A stretch of DNA of 64,000 nucleotides from Candidatus Actinomarina sp. (GTDB taxonomy: Bacteria > Actinomycetota > Acidimicrobiia > Actinomarinales > Actinomarinaceae): positions 252,733 to 316,732 of the forward strand of contig JAYQJM010000005.1 of the NCBI GenBank assembly GCA_038142145.1, given 5' to 3'. Made by a program: the position numbers and the translations under genes. The notes below the pieces were generated by a model. That model worked only from the letters and a program-made list of their open reading frames with translations. It did not search any database and was not told where the DNA came from. Shown in pieces: positions 30,283 through 39,714 of the stretch (positions are counted from its first letter, which is position 1; the number at the start of each line of letters is the position of its first letter).

Positions 30283-31561
30283 AGAAGTTTTTGAAAAAGT
30301 AGTAAAGATTGCACAATCTAGAGGATTTGTTTTTAATGCTTCATCTATTTATGGAGGATTAAGAAGCTCATATGATTATGGACCACTTGGTGTATTACTT
30401 AAGAATAATATTTCTAATTATTGGTGGAAAGACATTAATAATGACAATGAAATAACAATTTACCCAGTTGATACTGCAATTATTCAAAGTTCTGAAGTAT
30501 GGAAAGCTTCAGGTCACTTAGCTGAATTTTCAGATCCAATGGTTGATCATAAACCAACTGGTCAAAGGTTTAGAGCCGATCAAGTGCCAGATGATATAAA
30601 TAAAGAAGATCTTACTGAACCTAGGCAATTTAATCTTATGTTTGAAACAAATATTGGCCCAGTTCAAAATGAAAATTCAACTGTTTACTTAAGACCAGAA
30701 ACAGCTCAGGGTATATTTGTAAATTTTGAGAATGTTTTGAGGACAATGAGAGCAAAAGTACCATTTGGAATTGCAAATATTGGAAAGTCGTTTAGAAATG
30801 AAATAACACCAGGCCAATTTATATTTAGAACAAGAGAGTTTGAGCAAATGGAAATTGAGTTTTTTTGTAAACAGGAAGATCAAGGCGAATGGTTCGATTA
30901 TTGGGTAAACAAGAGAATGGAATGGTATAAAAATATCGGTATTCCAGATTCAAGTCTTCGACTAAGAGAACATGAAAACAATGAATTAGCTCATTATGCA
31001 TCTAAAACAGTTGATATTGAGTTTCTTTATCCTTGGGGATGGGGAGAGCTTGAAGGAATAGCAAATAGAGGAACTTTTGATTTATCTTCACATGAAAAAG
31101 AAAGCGGGAAAGACCTAACTTATTTTGATCCTTTATCAAATGAAAAAATAACACCAACAGTTATTGAGCCTGCTGGAGGATTAACGAGAACATTGTTTGC
31201 TCTCTTGTGTTCATCGTATGACGAAGAAGAGGTCAATGATTCTGTTCGAACTGTTTTTCGTTTTCAATTTAATATTGCTCCGATTCAAATTGGAATATTA
31301 CCTCTGAGTAAAAAAGATGAGTTAATTGAAGTTTCTGAAAAGGTAAACACTTTGTTAAGAAGCAACTATCGTACAGAAATAGATATTACACAGTCTATTG
31401 GTAAACGGTATAGAAGACAAGATGAGATAGGTACTCCATATTGCATAACAATAGATTTCGAAACTCTAGAAGACAATTCTGTAACAATTAGAAATCGAGA
31501 CTCTATGAATCAAGAAAGAGTTTCAATTGACAACCTCTTAAATTATTTCATAGATCTCTAA
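30266..31561 (+). CDS. glyQS: Glycyl-tRNA synthetase, dimeric (alpha2) class II type
   Basis: RGFVFNASSIYGGLRSSYDYGPLG N-terminal signature, class II motifs; 431 aa; adjacent to dnaG as in actinobacteria. Confidence 0.9.
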   Translation: MEETNKEVFEKVVKIAQSRGFVFNASSIYGGLRSSYDYGPLGVLLKNNISNYWWKDINNDNEITIYPVDTAIIQSSEVWKASGHLAEFSDPMVDHKPTGQRFRADQVPDDINKEDLTEPRQFNLMFETNIGPVQNENSTVYLRPETAQGIFVNFENVLRTMRAKVPFGIANIGKSFRNEITPGQFIFRTREFEQMEIEFFCKQEDQGEWFDYWVNKRMEWYKNIGIPDSSLRLREHENNELAHYASKTVDIEFLYPWGWGELEGIANRGTFDLSSHEKESGKDLTYFDPLSNEKITPTVIEPAGGLTRTLFALLCSSYDEEEVNDSVRTVFRFQFNIAPIQIGILPLSKKDELIEVSEKVNTLLRSNYRTEIDITQSIGKRYRRQDEIGTPYCITIDFETLEDNSVTIRNRDSMNQERVSIDNLLNYFIDL

Positions 31562-33186
31562 TGGCAATTGCTAGACATTCAATAGAAGATCTAAAAAAAC
31601 GATCTAAGATAAGTGATTTTATATTATCTACCACTACAGGAAAACTAAGAGGAAGTAAGGGTATGGCTCTTTGTCCATTTCATGGTGAAAAAACTGCAAG
31701 TATGAGCTTTACAGACACAGAAAATTTATTCCACTGCTTTGGGTGCAAAGAGGGTGGTGACATATTCAAGTATGTACAAGAGATTAATCATCTAGAATTT
31801 CAAGAAGCGATAGAATTTGTAGCGGAAAAATATGGTTTTAAGCTTTCTTACACTCAGACAAATGAAAATAGCGACTTTAAGAATTTTTATGAAAAAATTA
31901 ATTTATTAAATGATTTTTTCATTGAATCTATGAAATCTTCGGATGCTGAAAAAGCAAAACAATATCTTAGTACGAGAAAATTTGATTTATCAGATATTGA
32001 ATACTTTTCAATCTCATTTATTAGTAGTAATGAAAGAAAATTTCAATCTTTTTGTAATGATAATAATATAGACAAAAATGATCTTAAAAAATTAGGATTC
32101 ATTAGTAGTAATGGAAACATGTTGTTTAAAAACAGAATATTATTTCCAATTTTAAATTTTAGAAATGAAGTAATTGCATTTGGTGGAAGATCAATTGATG
32201 ATTTTGGCCCAAAATATTTAAACTCATCTGACTCTGTCTTATATAAAAAGAATAGAAATTTGTACTTTACGAAAGATTTTGTTTCTTCAGCAAAAAGGAA
32301 AGGTTATGTTTTTTTAGTAGAAGGATATTTCGATGTATTATCTCTAAATAAGCTTGGATACTCTAATTCGGTATCAACTTCTGGTACGGCTTTCACTTCT
32401 CAACAGTTGGAAGCTATTTCTAGATATACTGAAAAGCTTTTAATATGTTTTGATAATGACGAGGCAGGCTTAAAAGCTACTGAGAGAGTGCTTGAGATTA
32501 AAAATCAAGTTTCTAAACCAATAGAAATTCACTGTTTAGAACTTCCAGATGATTTCAAAGATATTGCTGATATTTACGAAAATCAGTCTGAAATCTTTGA
32601 TGGTATTTTAAAAAATAATTTTGAAATTGTTGATTATTTATTAACTAAATTTTTAAACAACGATAATAATAAAAAAAATGTTTTTAAGTATTTTAAAAAA
32701 CTTTCTGCAAATTTGAGCCCTCTTGAGGTTGACATAGCTTTAGATCTTTTGGCGGAGAGACTAAATATTGAAAAAGAGATATTAAAAAGAGAATTAGATT
32801 TTAATTTTACTTATGAGAAAAATGAAACAGATCTAAAGAAAACTAGTTCTATTTCTATTTTTAAAGATATTGTTACATCCCAGATTATAAAAAACAATTT
32901 TACTTATTCAGACAAAGAAGAAGAAATTCTTGATTGTAATGACGATTATAGAAATTATATTGAAAGCCTTCGTGGAAATATTTCTGACGCTTCTAAATTT
33001 GATAATGTATCTTATACTGACGAACAATATCATGAAGCAATAATTAGACTTTTTATTCACTTCGCAGATCTAAAAATTGATAATTTAATAGATTTATTTG
33101 AAAAAAATAATGAAAAAGATTTTTCAATTCTAAAGCATGTAGAAGATCTAAAAAAGAAAAAAGAAATTTATCAGAATACTATTTGA
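31561..33186 (+). CDS. dnaG: DNA primase DnaG
   Basis: Zinc ribbon CPFHGEKTASMSF...FHCFGCKEGGD, TOPRIM domain (EGYFDVLSL, DNDEAG); 541 aa. Confidence 0.9.
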   Translation: MAIARHSIEDLKKRSKISDFILSTTTGKLRGSKGMALCPFHGEKTASMSFTDTENLFHCFGCKEGGDIFKYVQEINHLEFQEAIEFVAEKYGFKLSYTQTNENSDFKNFYEKINLLNDFFIESMKSSDAEKAKQYLSTRKFDLSDIEYFSISFISSNERKFQSFCNDNNIDKNDLKKLGFISSNGNMLFKNRILFPILNFRNEVIAFGGRSIDDFGPKYLNSSDSVLYKKNRNLYFTKDFVSSAKRKGYVFLVEGYFDVLSLNKLGYSNSVSTSGTAFTSQQLEAISRYTEKLLICFDNDEAGLKATERVLEIKNQVSKPIEIHCLELPDDFKDIADIYENQSEIFDGILKNNFEIVDYLLTKFLNNDNNKKNVFKYFKKLSANLSPLEVDIALDLLAERLNIEKEILKRELDFNFTYEKNETDLKKTSSISIFKDIVTSQIIKNNFTYSDKEEEILDCNDDYRNYIESLRGNISDASKFDNVSYTDEQYHEAIIRLFIHFADLKIDNLIDLFEKNNEKDFSILKHVEDLKKKKEIYQNTI

Positions 33187-33209
33187 TTCATAGTATTATT
33201 AATTTGCTA

Positions 33210-33282
33210 TCCGAGGTAGCTCAATTGGCAGAGCAGCGGACTGTTAATCCGTTGGTTGTGGGTTCAAGTCCCACCCTCGGAG
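33210..33282 (+). tRNA. tRNA-Asn (anticodon GTT)
   Basis: Cloverleaf: acceptor TCCGAGG/CCTCGGA, D-arm GCTC/GAGC, anticodon arm GCGGA-CTGTTAA-TCCGT, T-arm GTGGG-TTCAAGT-CCCAC. Confidence 0.85.
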
Positions 33283-33303
33283 CTATACATTGAATTTTTC
33301 ACT

Positions 33304-33323
33304 ATAATTAAAATAAATGGAGG
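33304..33323 (+). promoter_or_regulatory. Candidate -10 box TATAAT (33304-33309) and Shine-Dalgarno GGAGG (33319-33323) for the SCP2 gene
   Basis: cacTATAATtaaaataaatGGAGGaataATG; no properly spaced -35 seen (would fall inside tRNA-Asn). Confidence 0.35.
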
Positions 33324-33327
33324 AATA

Positions 33328-33615
33328 ATGGATTATCTTGCAGTAGTAAAAGAAAGAGCAGAAGGTAAAGACTTAAGTGTACTTGGAGGCTCAGTAAAGT
33401 TTGTAGCTGATGAGCACATTGTTTTTATTGATGGAAACAGCGGAGAAATTTCATCAGATGATAATGAAGCAACTTGTACTGTTACAACTGATACTGAAAC
33501 AATGCAAGCAATTATGGACGGATCTTCTAGTCCGCAGGCAGCTTTTATGACAGGAAAATTAAAAGTTGCTGGTGATATGAGCTTAGCTTTAAAAGTTCAA
33601 TCAATAATTTCATAA
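33328..33615 (+). CDS. SCP2 sterol-carrier-like small protein (95 aa)
   Basis: C-terminal AFMTGKLKVAGDMSLALKVQ matches SCP2 signature; start set at ATG 33328 with GGAGG RBS (ORF-track start 33256 would overlap tRNA-Asn). Confidence 0.7.
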   Translation: MDYLAVVKERAEGKDLSVLGGSVKFVADEHIVFIDGNSGEISSDDNEATCTVTTDTETMQAIMDGSSSPQAAFMTGKLKVAGDMSLALKVQSIIS

Positions 33616-33620
33616 AAATA

Positions 33621-33694
33621 GGGCCTGTAGCTCAGTTGGTTAGAGCAACGGACTCATAATCCGTCGGTCGCAGGTTCGAGTCCTGCCGGGCCCA
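33621..33694 (+). tRNA. tRNA with anticodon CAT (elongator tRNA-Met, or tRNA-Ile2 if lysidinylated)
   Basis: Acceptor GGGCCTG/CGGGCCC with paired 1:72, anticodon arm ACGGA-CTCATAA-TCCGT, T-arm GCAGG-TTCGAGT-CCTGC; not initiator-like (no GGG/CCC anticodon stem). Confidence 0.85.
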
Positions 33695-33700
33695 CTTAAA

Positions 33701-35695
33701 ATGTTGAAAACATTATTTAACAACAAAATAAAAATGGTGAGTTTTGTTGTTGCATCAACTCTATTAATACCATCAAATATAGGAATTAATTTTTTTGGTA
33801 TAAACTTAGAAGACTTACCTTCAATAATCGTATTTATTTATTTAATATTAATGAAAGTTAAATCAAAAATTTTTAACAAAACTGATACATTATTTATAGT
33901 TTTCTTAATATCATTTTCAGTCTATATTTCCATATTTTCTGACAAAATCGATTTTTTTAATCAAACTAATCTGCGTTTTATCTTTTATTTTACTTTTTCA
34001 TATCTATTGATAGATTTTTGTAAAAGAGAAAGTTTAATTATTGTAAATATTTTTGAGGGTTTATCTATTGTTATGATAATTAACTTTCTAATAATTGTTT
34101 TCCAATTACAGCTACCAGGCACAATTGATGGTTGGGTCTCAAGTAATAATGGTAGTTTGAATCCATTCACATCTGGAAGATTAGGTGGTATACAGGGTGG
34201 AGGGCCAAATGTCATTGGTATTTTTTGTGCAGTTTATGCTCTTGTATGTATCAATAAAATTATCAATGGAAATAATTCAATCAGAATTTCTGATTTCAAA
34301 ATATCAGATCTTTTAATGTTGTTTATTTCATTATTAAATTTATTTTTCACATATTCAAGAGGATCTTACTTAGCATTTGGGATTGGTTTTTTAATCTTAT
34401 TTCTTTATTCAAATATATTTTCAAGAAAACAAAAAATCTTATTATTAACAATAGGCTCAATGCTTGGTGTGTTAACAGTGTTTATTTTCTCAGGTATATT
34501 TTTAAAACAAAGCAATAGAACTTTTTTAAGATCTTTAGCTATTGAAAATGTTGAGTTTTTTAAAGGCTCTGGAGGGGGAAATTATATTAAGGATGTTTAT
34601 AAAGAGTATTTAATAACCATTGATCCTCAATTATTACTTGAAAAATATAATTTTCAATATTCAGAAGAAGATTATTTACTAATGTCAAACAAAGATGAGG
34701 TTTTAGTTGACGCTCCTGCAGAGGGTTATCTGAAATTAAATTTTGATTACAAAGACGGTTTTTTACCAAGAAGTATAGTTTCATTCTACTATTCACTTGA
34801 TGGTTCAGAATGGTTCATGATTGGAGATGAGCATACCAACGGCACTATCATAGATCTTCAGATTAATGACTCATATTTTGAAGTCGGAGGATGGGGAGAC
34901 GGTCAATCTCCAGGAGAGTCATATTTAGATGGTTTTGTTGAAAGTGTAAATATTTCATCAAATGGTAATTTATATAATTATGAAATAACAGAAACAAATA
35001 GAGATAGTGAGTATTTTGTTTACCTACCTAAATCAAGTGACTTATATGACAATCGCAATGATGGAAAGTTAATATTTTCAGAAAAAGGTTTAAAGTTAAA
35101 AAGACCTAGAAGTTACTGGGTAGCGCTTCCAAATTACACTAATTTATCGGGTTCAGATTTTGAAGTAACTGTAAAACTTTCATTAAACAATATACCTAGA
35201 GGAAATGAGACCATATTTAGTCAAAGTTCTATATTAAGAACTAGCAAACTAATAAACAACCAGTCCTGGAAGTGGTCAATTGTAGATGGAAGAATGTACT
35301 TTTTTTGGATAGAAGATGTTGATTTTGGTTACGCAAATTTTCTTGGAGGACAAAGTTTAAGATCTGGTAAATTAATAGCAAACGATGGTAAGTTCGATAC
35401 AAAGATTACTAACTTTTCTCTGTCACAATATGATGAAATTACTACTTCTCATAATGGTTTTTTAACGATGTCGGTTGAATATGGATTAGTTGTTGTAATA
35501 TTTATTTTGTTAATAATTATTTATTCAATTTTTAATAATTTAAATCAAAAAGAAAGTTTATATCTATCTTTATTTGCTGCTTTGTTTACACAAAATTTAA
35601 CAAATGACCTGATCTATTCACCAGATGTATCTTTGTATTTTTGGCTAATACCAGCGTATTTTTTGCTCAATTTAAGGAGCAATCAGTCCGTTTAA
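33701..35695 (+). CDS. O-antigen ligase/polymerase (Wzy_C) family membrane protein with an embedded ~270-aa Concanavalin-A/LamG-like domain
   Basis: N-terminal TM block with FTYSRGSYLAFGIGF; C-terminal TSHNGFLTMSVEYGLVVVIF (HNxxL...ExG signature). Between them a soluble beta-rich region (WVALPNYTNLSGSDFEVTVKLSLNN...WKWSIVDGRMYFFWIEDVDFGYANFLGG) typical of LamG/ConA-like lectin folds. Confidence 0.6.
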   Translation: MLKTLFNNKIKMVSFVVASTLLIPSNIGINFFGINLEDLPSIIVFIYLILMKVKSKIFNKTDTLFIVFLISFSVYISIFSDKIDFFNQTNLRFIFYFTFSYLLIDFCKRESLIIVNIFEGLSIVMIINFLIIVFQLQLPGTIDGWVSSNNGSLNPFTSGRLGGIQGGGPNVIGIFCAVYALVCINKIINGNNSIRISDFKISDLLMLFISLLNLFFTYSRGSYLAFGIGFLILFLYSNIFSRKQKILLLTIGSMLGVLTVFIFSGIFLKQSNRTFLRSLAIENVEFFKGSGGGNYIKDVYKEYLITIDPQLLLEKYNFQYSEEDYLLMSNKDEVLVDAPAEGYLKLNFDYKDGFLPRSIVSFYYSLDGSEWFMIGDEHTNGTIIDLQINDSYFEVGGWGDGQSPGESYLDGFVESVNISSNGNLYNYEITETNRDSEYFVYLPKSSDLYDNRNDGKLIFSEKGLKLKRPRSYWVALPNYTNLSGSDFEVTVKLSLNNIPRGNETIFSQSSILRTSKLINNQSWKWSIVDGRMYFFWIEDVDFGYANFLGGQSLRSGKLIANDGKFDTKITNFSLSQYDEITTSHNGFLTMSVEYGLVVVIFILLIIIYSIFNNLNQKESLYLSLFAALFTQNLTNDLIYSPDVSLYFWLIPAYFLLNLRSNQSV

Positions 35696-36805
35696 TTCTG
35701 CAAACTCTGAGAAGTTTTTGTTTAAAGTTAAAACTTGTCGACCATCTGAAAGTGTTAAGTTGTCAACTGGCAGAGTAAGTTCTTTTATATTATCTATTTC
35801 AATACTTCTAACACTCCAAACTAAATTGATAGCATTGTTCAAAGTTAAATTCTCATCGATAACAAATGCATCCTCGATTGCAGAAACAAAATTATTGAAT
35901 TCATTAAAAGTATTAAACTCATCAAGTCTTCTCATCAGTTGTTTAATAATGTATTTTTGCCTTTCGTTTCTCGAAAGATCACTAACTCCAGGTAATTTTT
36001 CCCAAGTTGATATGTCATTCCCATTTTCATCTATGATTTTTTCGCCTACTAAAACCTCTGTATTTCTTGATACAACCCAATTAAGCGCTACTAATCCTTC
36101 TACAACTTGACATCCCTTTTGCAGCTCAAAGCTAAAACCTTCTCTTTGGGTTTCATCTACACAGATTTCAACACCTTTAAATGAATCGATTATTTTTTCA
36201 AATCCCTCAAAATCAAAACTTACAAAGTGATCTATTTTAAGTCCTGTTAACACATTTAAATTCGCAGCTAGATTTTCTGCTTTGTTACCACAATTATTTT
36301 TTTTGTAAGTGGCATTTATTCTTTCTATTTTTTCAGTACATAAGTTTTTTACTATTAAATCTCTTGGTATTGATAGCAATACTTGAGAATTTGTTTCCTC
36401 ATCAATTAAAGCAAGAATAATTACATCAGCTCTTTGGCCTTCCACATTACCCCTTGTTTCAGATACGACGTCAGATCGTTCATCAGACCCTATTATTAGG
36501 TAAGTTTTATAGTTATCAATATTCTTTTTAGCTACTGTGTTTATTAAATACGGATTTATTAACTGTTCATCTTCCTCATTAATATTCTGATTTGTTTGTT
36601 CTTCATTAGGTTGAGTTGTATTGGTAGTACTTTCTTGGTTGTTGGTTGGCTCTGAGGTTGTTGTAGTTATCCCTTGTTCTATATTTTCAATAACTTCTGT
36701 ATTAAATTCTGTTCTTGAAAAATTAGGTACAAGTGTTACGTATGATATGAGACCTATTCCTAGGATTATAAAAAGTAAAATATAGTATCTATTTTGATTA
36801 TTCAT
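35672..36805 (-). CDS. LytR-CpsA-Psr (LCP) family glycopolymer-to-peptidoglycan phosphotransferase
   Basis: Single N-terminal TM, Thr/Asn/Gln-rich linker, LCP core (IIGSDERS..., RADVIILALIDEET, SIPRDL); 377 aa. Confidence 0.8.
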   Translation of the reverse strand: MNNQNRYYILLFIILGIGLISYVTLVPNFSRTEFNTEVIENIEQGITTTTSEPTNNQESTTNTTQPNEEQTNQNINEEDEQLINPYLINTVAKKNIDNYKTYLIIGSDERSDVVSETRGNVEGQRADVIILALIDEETNSQVLLSIPRDLIVKNLCTEKIERINATYKKNNCGNKAENLAANLNVLTGLKIDHFVSFDFEGFEKIIDSFKGVEICVDETQREGFSFELQKGCQVVEGLVALNWVVSRNTEVLVGEKIIDENGNDISTWEKLPGVSDLSRNERQKYIIKQLMRRLDEFNTFNEFNNFVSAIEDAFVIDENLTLNNAINLVWSVRSIEIDNIKELTLPVDNLTLSDGRQVLTLNKNFSEFAELNGLIAP

Positions 36806-36847
36806 ATCTAACCAAATTTAAAGTATAACTATATAATGTAATATTGT

Positions 36848-37570
36848 ATGGAATTAACTTGTGTAATTGCTGCCGGGGGATTGGGCAAAAGACTTCAGGG
36901 CTTTAGAGATAACGATAAAACTAAAGTTTTATTAGAAGTCAACAATATTCCTATGATTTGTCAGCAAATAAAACAAATAAACAGCTGGGGTTTAGATCGT
37001 TTCATAATCATTACAAATCCTACATTTCATTCTTTAATTAAAGATGTCACTTTATCATATTTCCCTAATTTAAATTTAGACTTTGTCGTTCAAGAAGAAG
37101 CAAAAGGCATATCACATGCTTTATATCAAGCAAAACCTTATTGTGAAAACTTAGAAGGAAAATTTTTGTTTGTTTTAGGAGATAACTTTTTTGGTGAAAA
37201 TCCTTTGAGTACAATTTCCAGTAATGATTTACTAAACAATAATGGATGCCAAATTTACACAGTAGAAGTTGAAAATCCTACTGAGTATGGAGTAGCAATT
37301 GTAGACAATTATTCAAATGTAATTGAAATTGAAGAAAAACCATTAAATCCAAAAAGTGATTTGGCAGTTGTGGGAATATATTTATTTGATAGCAATGCAT
37401 TTGAATATATTGATAAATTGCAACCATCTGCAAGAGGAGAGTATGAAATTACTGATTTAATAAATATTTATATTAAAAAGGAAATTTGTACTAATTCAGA
37501 GCTTAATTCATGGTGGATTGATGCTGGAACGCCGGATAGAATTGAAGAGCTAGAGTCTAAACTACTTTAA
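36848..37570 (+). CDS. Sugar-1-phosphate nucleotidyltransferase (NTP_transferase family; RmlA/GalU-like, 240 aa)
   Basis: N-terminal AAGGLGKRL (G-x-G-x-R-L nucleotide-binding signature), LGDNFF, VGIYLFD. Confidence 0.7.
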   Translation: MELTCVIAAGGLGKRLQGFRDNDKTKVLLEVNNIPMICQQIKQINSWGLDRFIIITNPTFHSLIKDVTLSYFPNLNLDFVVQEEAKGISHALYQAKPYCENLEGKFLFVLGDNFFGENPLSTISSNDLLNNNGCQIYTVEVENPTEYGVAIVDNYSNVIEIEEKPLNPKSDLAVVGIYLFDSNAFEYIDKLQPSARGEYEITDLINIYIKKEICTNSELNSWWIDAGTPDRIEELESKLL

Positions 37571-38611
37571 AATTTGCAACTTCTGTATTTTAAAATAAAT
37601 ATAAACAAATTGAATAATGTATATTCCAATGAAAACATTAGAGAGAGCCCCATCTGTAATTAGATGAAGAAAAATTATCATAAAATTTAAAAAACTATAA
37701 CTAATCGTAATTACTAAAATTTTTTTCTCTGTATATCCTAAAGCGAGCAACCTGTGAGAAGAATGATCTGTACCTCCAGAAAATGGTGATTGGTTGTTTG
37801 TCAATCTGTGTTTTAAAACTGTCAGAAAATCTAATACAGGAATTGTAAAGAACAAAAGAAGTGGACTTAGAGTATTTGAAAAAGTATGAAATCCATCTGG
37901 ATTCCAATTAAACAAAATACTTAGAAAGCCAAGTAAAAAACCAATAAATAAACTGCCTGAATCACCAAGGTATAGTTTTGCGGGAGGGAGGTTGAATAAC
38001 AAAAATCCAAAAATACTAAAAAGAAGAACTACTAAAATATCAGTTAAATTATTTTGATTTAAATAATATGTCAAAGCTATTGCTTGAACACATGTAGAGC
38101 TTGCAACAGTTGCAGCTAGTGAATCCATATTATCTATAAAATTTATAGAGTTGATTAATAAAATTATCCAAATGATTGAAACAAAATAATTTAAATAGTT
38201 GTTTAAGTCTAAATTAATTAAAGTTTCAAAATTTAAATATAATCCCAAATTTGTTATTGGTAAGGATACGAAAGTAAATTGTAAAATTAACTTATATTTC
38301 CAGTGTAAGTTAAAAATATCATCAATAAAGCCAACAAGTGCTATTAAAATTCCATAAGTCCCTATTTGAATAAATATTGAATTCGCTTCTCCAAGAAATT
38401 GTGCAGCAATAAAAAAAGCTAATGATATAGCAACTCCTCCAAAAGGTGGAGTGTTGTTTTTATTGAGCCTTTTTTCATCAATTTTATTTAATGTTTTAAG
38501 TATGTTTTTTTGAGATAAAAATAGTAACAGATAATTAATAGAAATTGATAATAGTAGTGCAGTTAAAGCTACAAAATAAATGTTAATTTGAACAAACATA
38601 ATATTATTCAA
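37562..38611 (-). CDS. Polyprenyl-phosphate N-acetylhexosamine-1-phosphate transferase (MraY/WecA/TagO family initiating enzyme)
   Basis: Polytopic; NSINFIDNMDSLAA (NxxNxxDGxDGLA-type), GFIDD, and C-terminal His-rich loop; 349 aa. Confidence 0.75.
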   Translation of the reverse strand: MNNIMFVQINIYFVALTALLLSISINYLLLFLSQKNILKTLNKIDEKRLNKNNTPPFGGVAISLAFFIAAQFLGEANSIFIQIGTYGILIALVGFIDDIFNLHWKYKLILQFTFVSLPITNLGLYLNFETLINLDLNNYLNYFVSIIWIILLINSINFIDNMDSLAATVASSTCVQAIALTYYLNQNNLTDILVVLLFSIFGFLLFNLPPAKLYLGDSGSLFIGFLLGFLSILFNWNPDGFHTFSNTLSPLLLFFTIPVLDFLTVLKHRLTNNQSPFSGGTDHSSHRLLALGYTEKKILVITISYSFLNFMIIFLHLITDGALSNVFIGIYIIQFVYIYFKIQKLQILK

Positions 38612-39672
38612 TTGTATATTTTTTGAAACTGAGAAGCTACGTATTCTATAGTGAATTTTTCGGAAATAATTTTTCTATTTTTTTCACTTATGAAATTAAA
38701 ACCTGTTTCAACTTTGTTAATTTCTTTCTTTATTAATTTTGGATCTGTAGAATCTAAAAGCGAAGCATTTTCAAATTGACTCAAAAATTTTGTACCGTTA
38801 TTTTCTTTTGCAATACAATATAGTCCAACATAGGCAGCTTCTAGTAATATTCTAGAAAAACCTTCATGTTCTGATAGTGAAATTAATACATCATAATCCT
38901 TTAAACTATTTGAAGAGTTGATGTGTCCTAGAAATTCTACATTGCTATTTTTTATCATTTTCTCAAAGTCAAATTTAGAAATAGCTTTAGGATTTCCAAA
39001 ATCAAAATCTCCAGCTAAGTAAAATTCTAAATTTTCTTCATTACAAAGTTTTGCAAAGTCAATATATTCAGCTATTCCTTTGTCATAAATCAGCCTTCCA
39101 GCAAATAAAATCTTCAAATTTTTGTTGATTGTTGTTTTAGGTTTAAATTCATTTATTTTTAAGCCAGAGCTTTCAATAATTAGAGCATTATTTTTAAATT
39201 TAGAATATTTTAGAAATATATTTTTATCAGTTTCATTTTGAAAAATAATATTTTCAAATGTCTTGTTAATAAAAAACATGAATATTATTTTTGAAAGATA
39301 TTTAAGCAAATTCGATTTTAAGGTTTTTGAAAATAGAAATCCTAAGCCAGTGATTGATAGAGTGCTTTTAAAATTTCTATTAATTAAAATGCTGCTAATC
39401 ATAAACAAGAATCCAGATTTAAGAGTGAATATGTGAAAAATACTATTTTTATCAGTATTCTTCAAAATTTTTCTTAAACTAATTATTCCCTTTACATCTA
39501 ACAACTTTGTTCTGTCTAATTTCCAATGAGTTAAATTATGATACACATTTTTTAATTCAGAATTGTTTTCAACAGGACAAATTGCATTGAATTTATATTC
39601 TTTCAATTCACTAACTATTGAAGATCTAGATTGAATTAATATTTGCTCCCAATGCGCTAAATAATTAATCAT
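38608..39672 (-). CDS. Glycosyltransferase family 4
   Basis: EGFSRILLEAAYVGLYCIA E-x7-E motif, GT-B C-domain. Confidence 0.7.
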   Translation of the reverse strand: MINYLAHWEQILIQSRSSIVSELKEYKFNAICPVENNSELKNVYHNLTHWKLDRTKLLDVKGIISLRKILKNTDKNSIFHIFTLKSGFLFMISSILINRNFKSTLSITGLGFLFSKTLKSNLLKYLSKIIFMFFINKTFENIIFQNETDKNIFLKYSKFKNNALIIESSGLKINEFKPKTTINKNLKILFAGRLIYDKGIAEYIDFAKLCNEENLEFYLAGDFDFGNPKAISKFDFEKMIKNSNVEFLGHINSSNSLKDYDVLISLSEHEGFSRILLEAAYVGLYCIAKENNGTKFLSQFENASLLDSTDPKLIKKEINKVETGFNFISEKNRKIISEKFTIEYVASQFQKIYN

Positions 39673-39714
39673 TAGTATTATTTTAAATTATTAAAATTGT
39701 TATTATTTCATAAT

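Noticed and set aside
33256-33327. ORF-track N-terminal extension of the SCP2 gene (MWVQVPPSELYIEFFTIIKINGGI)
   Set aside because: The extension would be translated from within tRNA-Asn. An internal ATG at 33328 has a perfect GGAGG RBS and yields a typical ~95-aa SCP2 protein.
39697-39714. ORF-track N-terminal extension of ugd (MLLFHN)
   Set aside because: Rossmann GxGxxG begins 4 residues after the ATG at 39715. The extension is unnecessary, though cannot be fully excluded.
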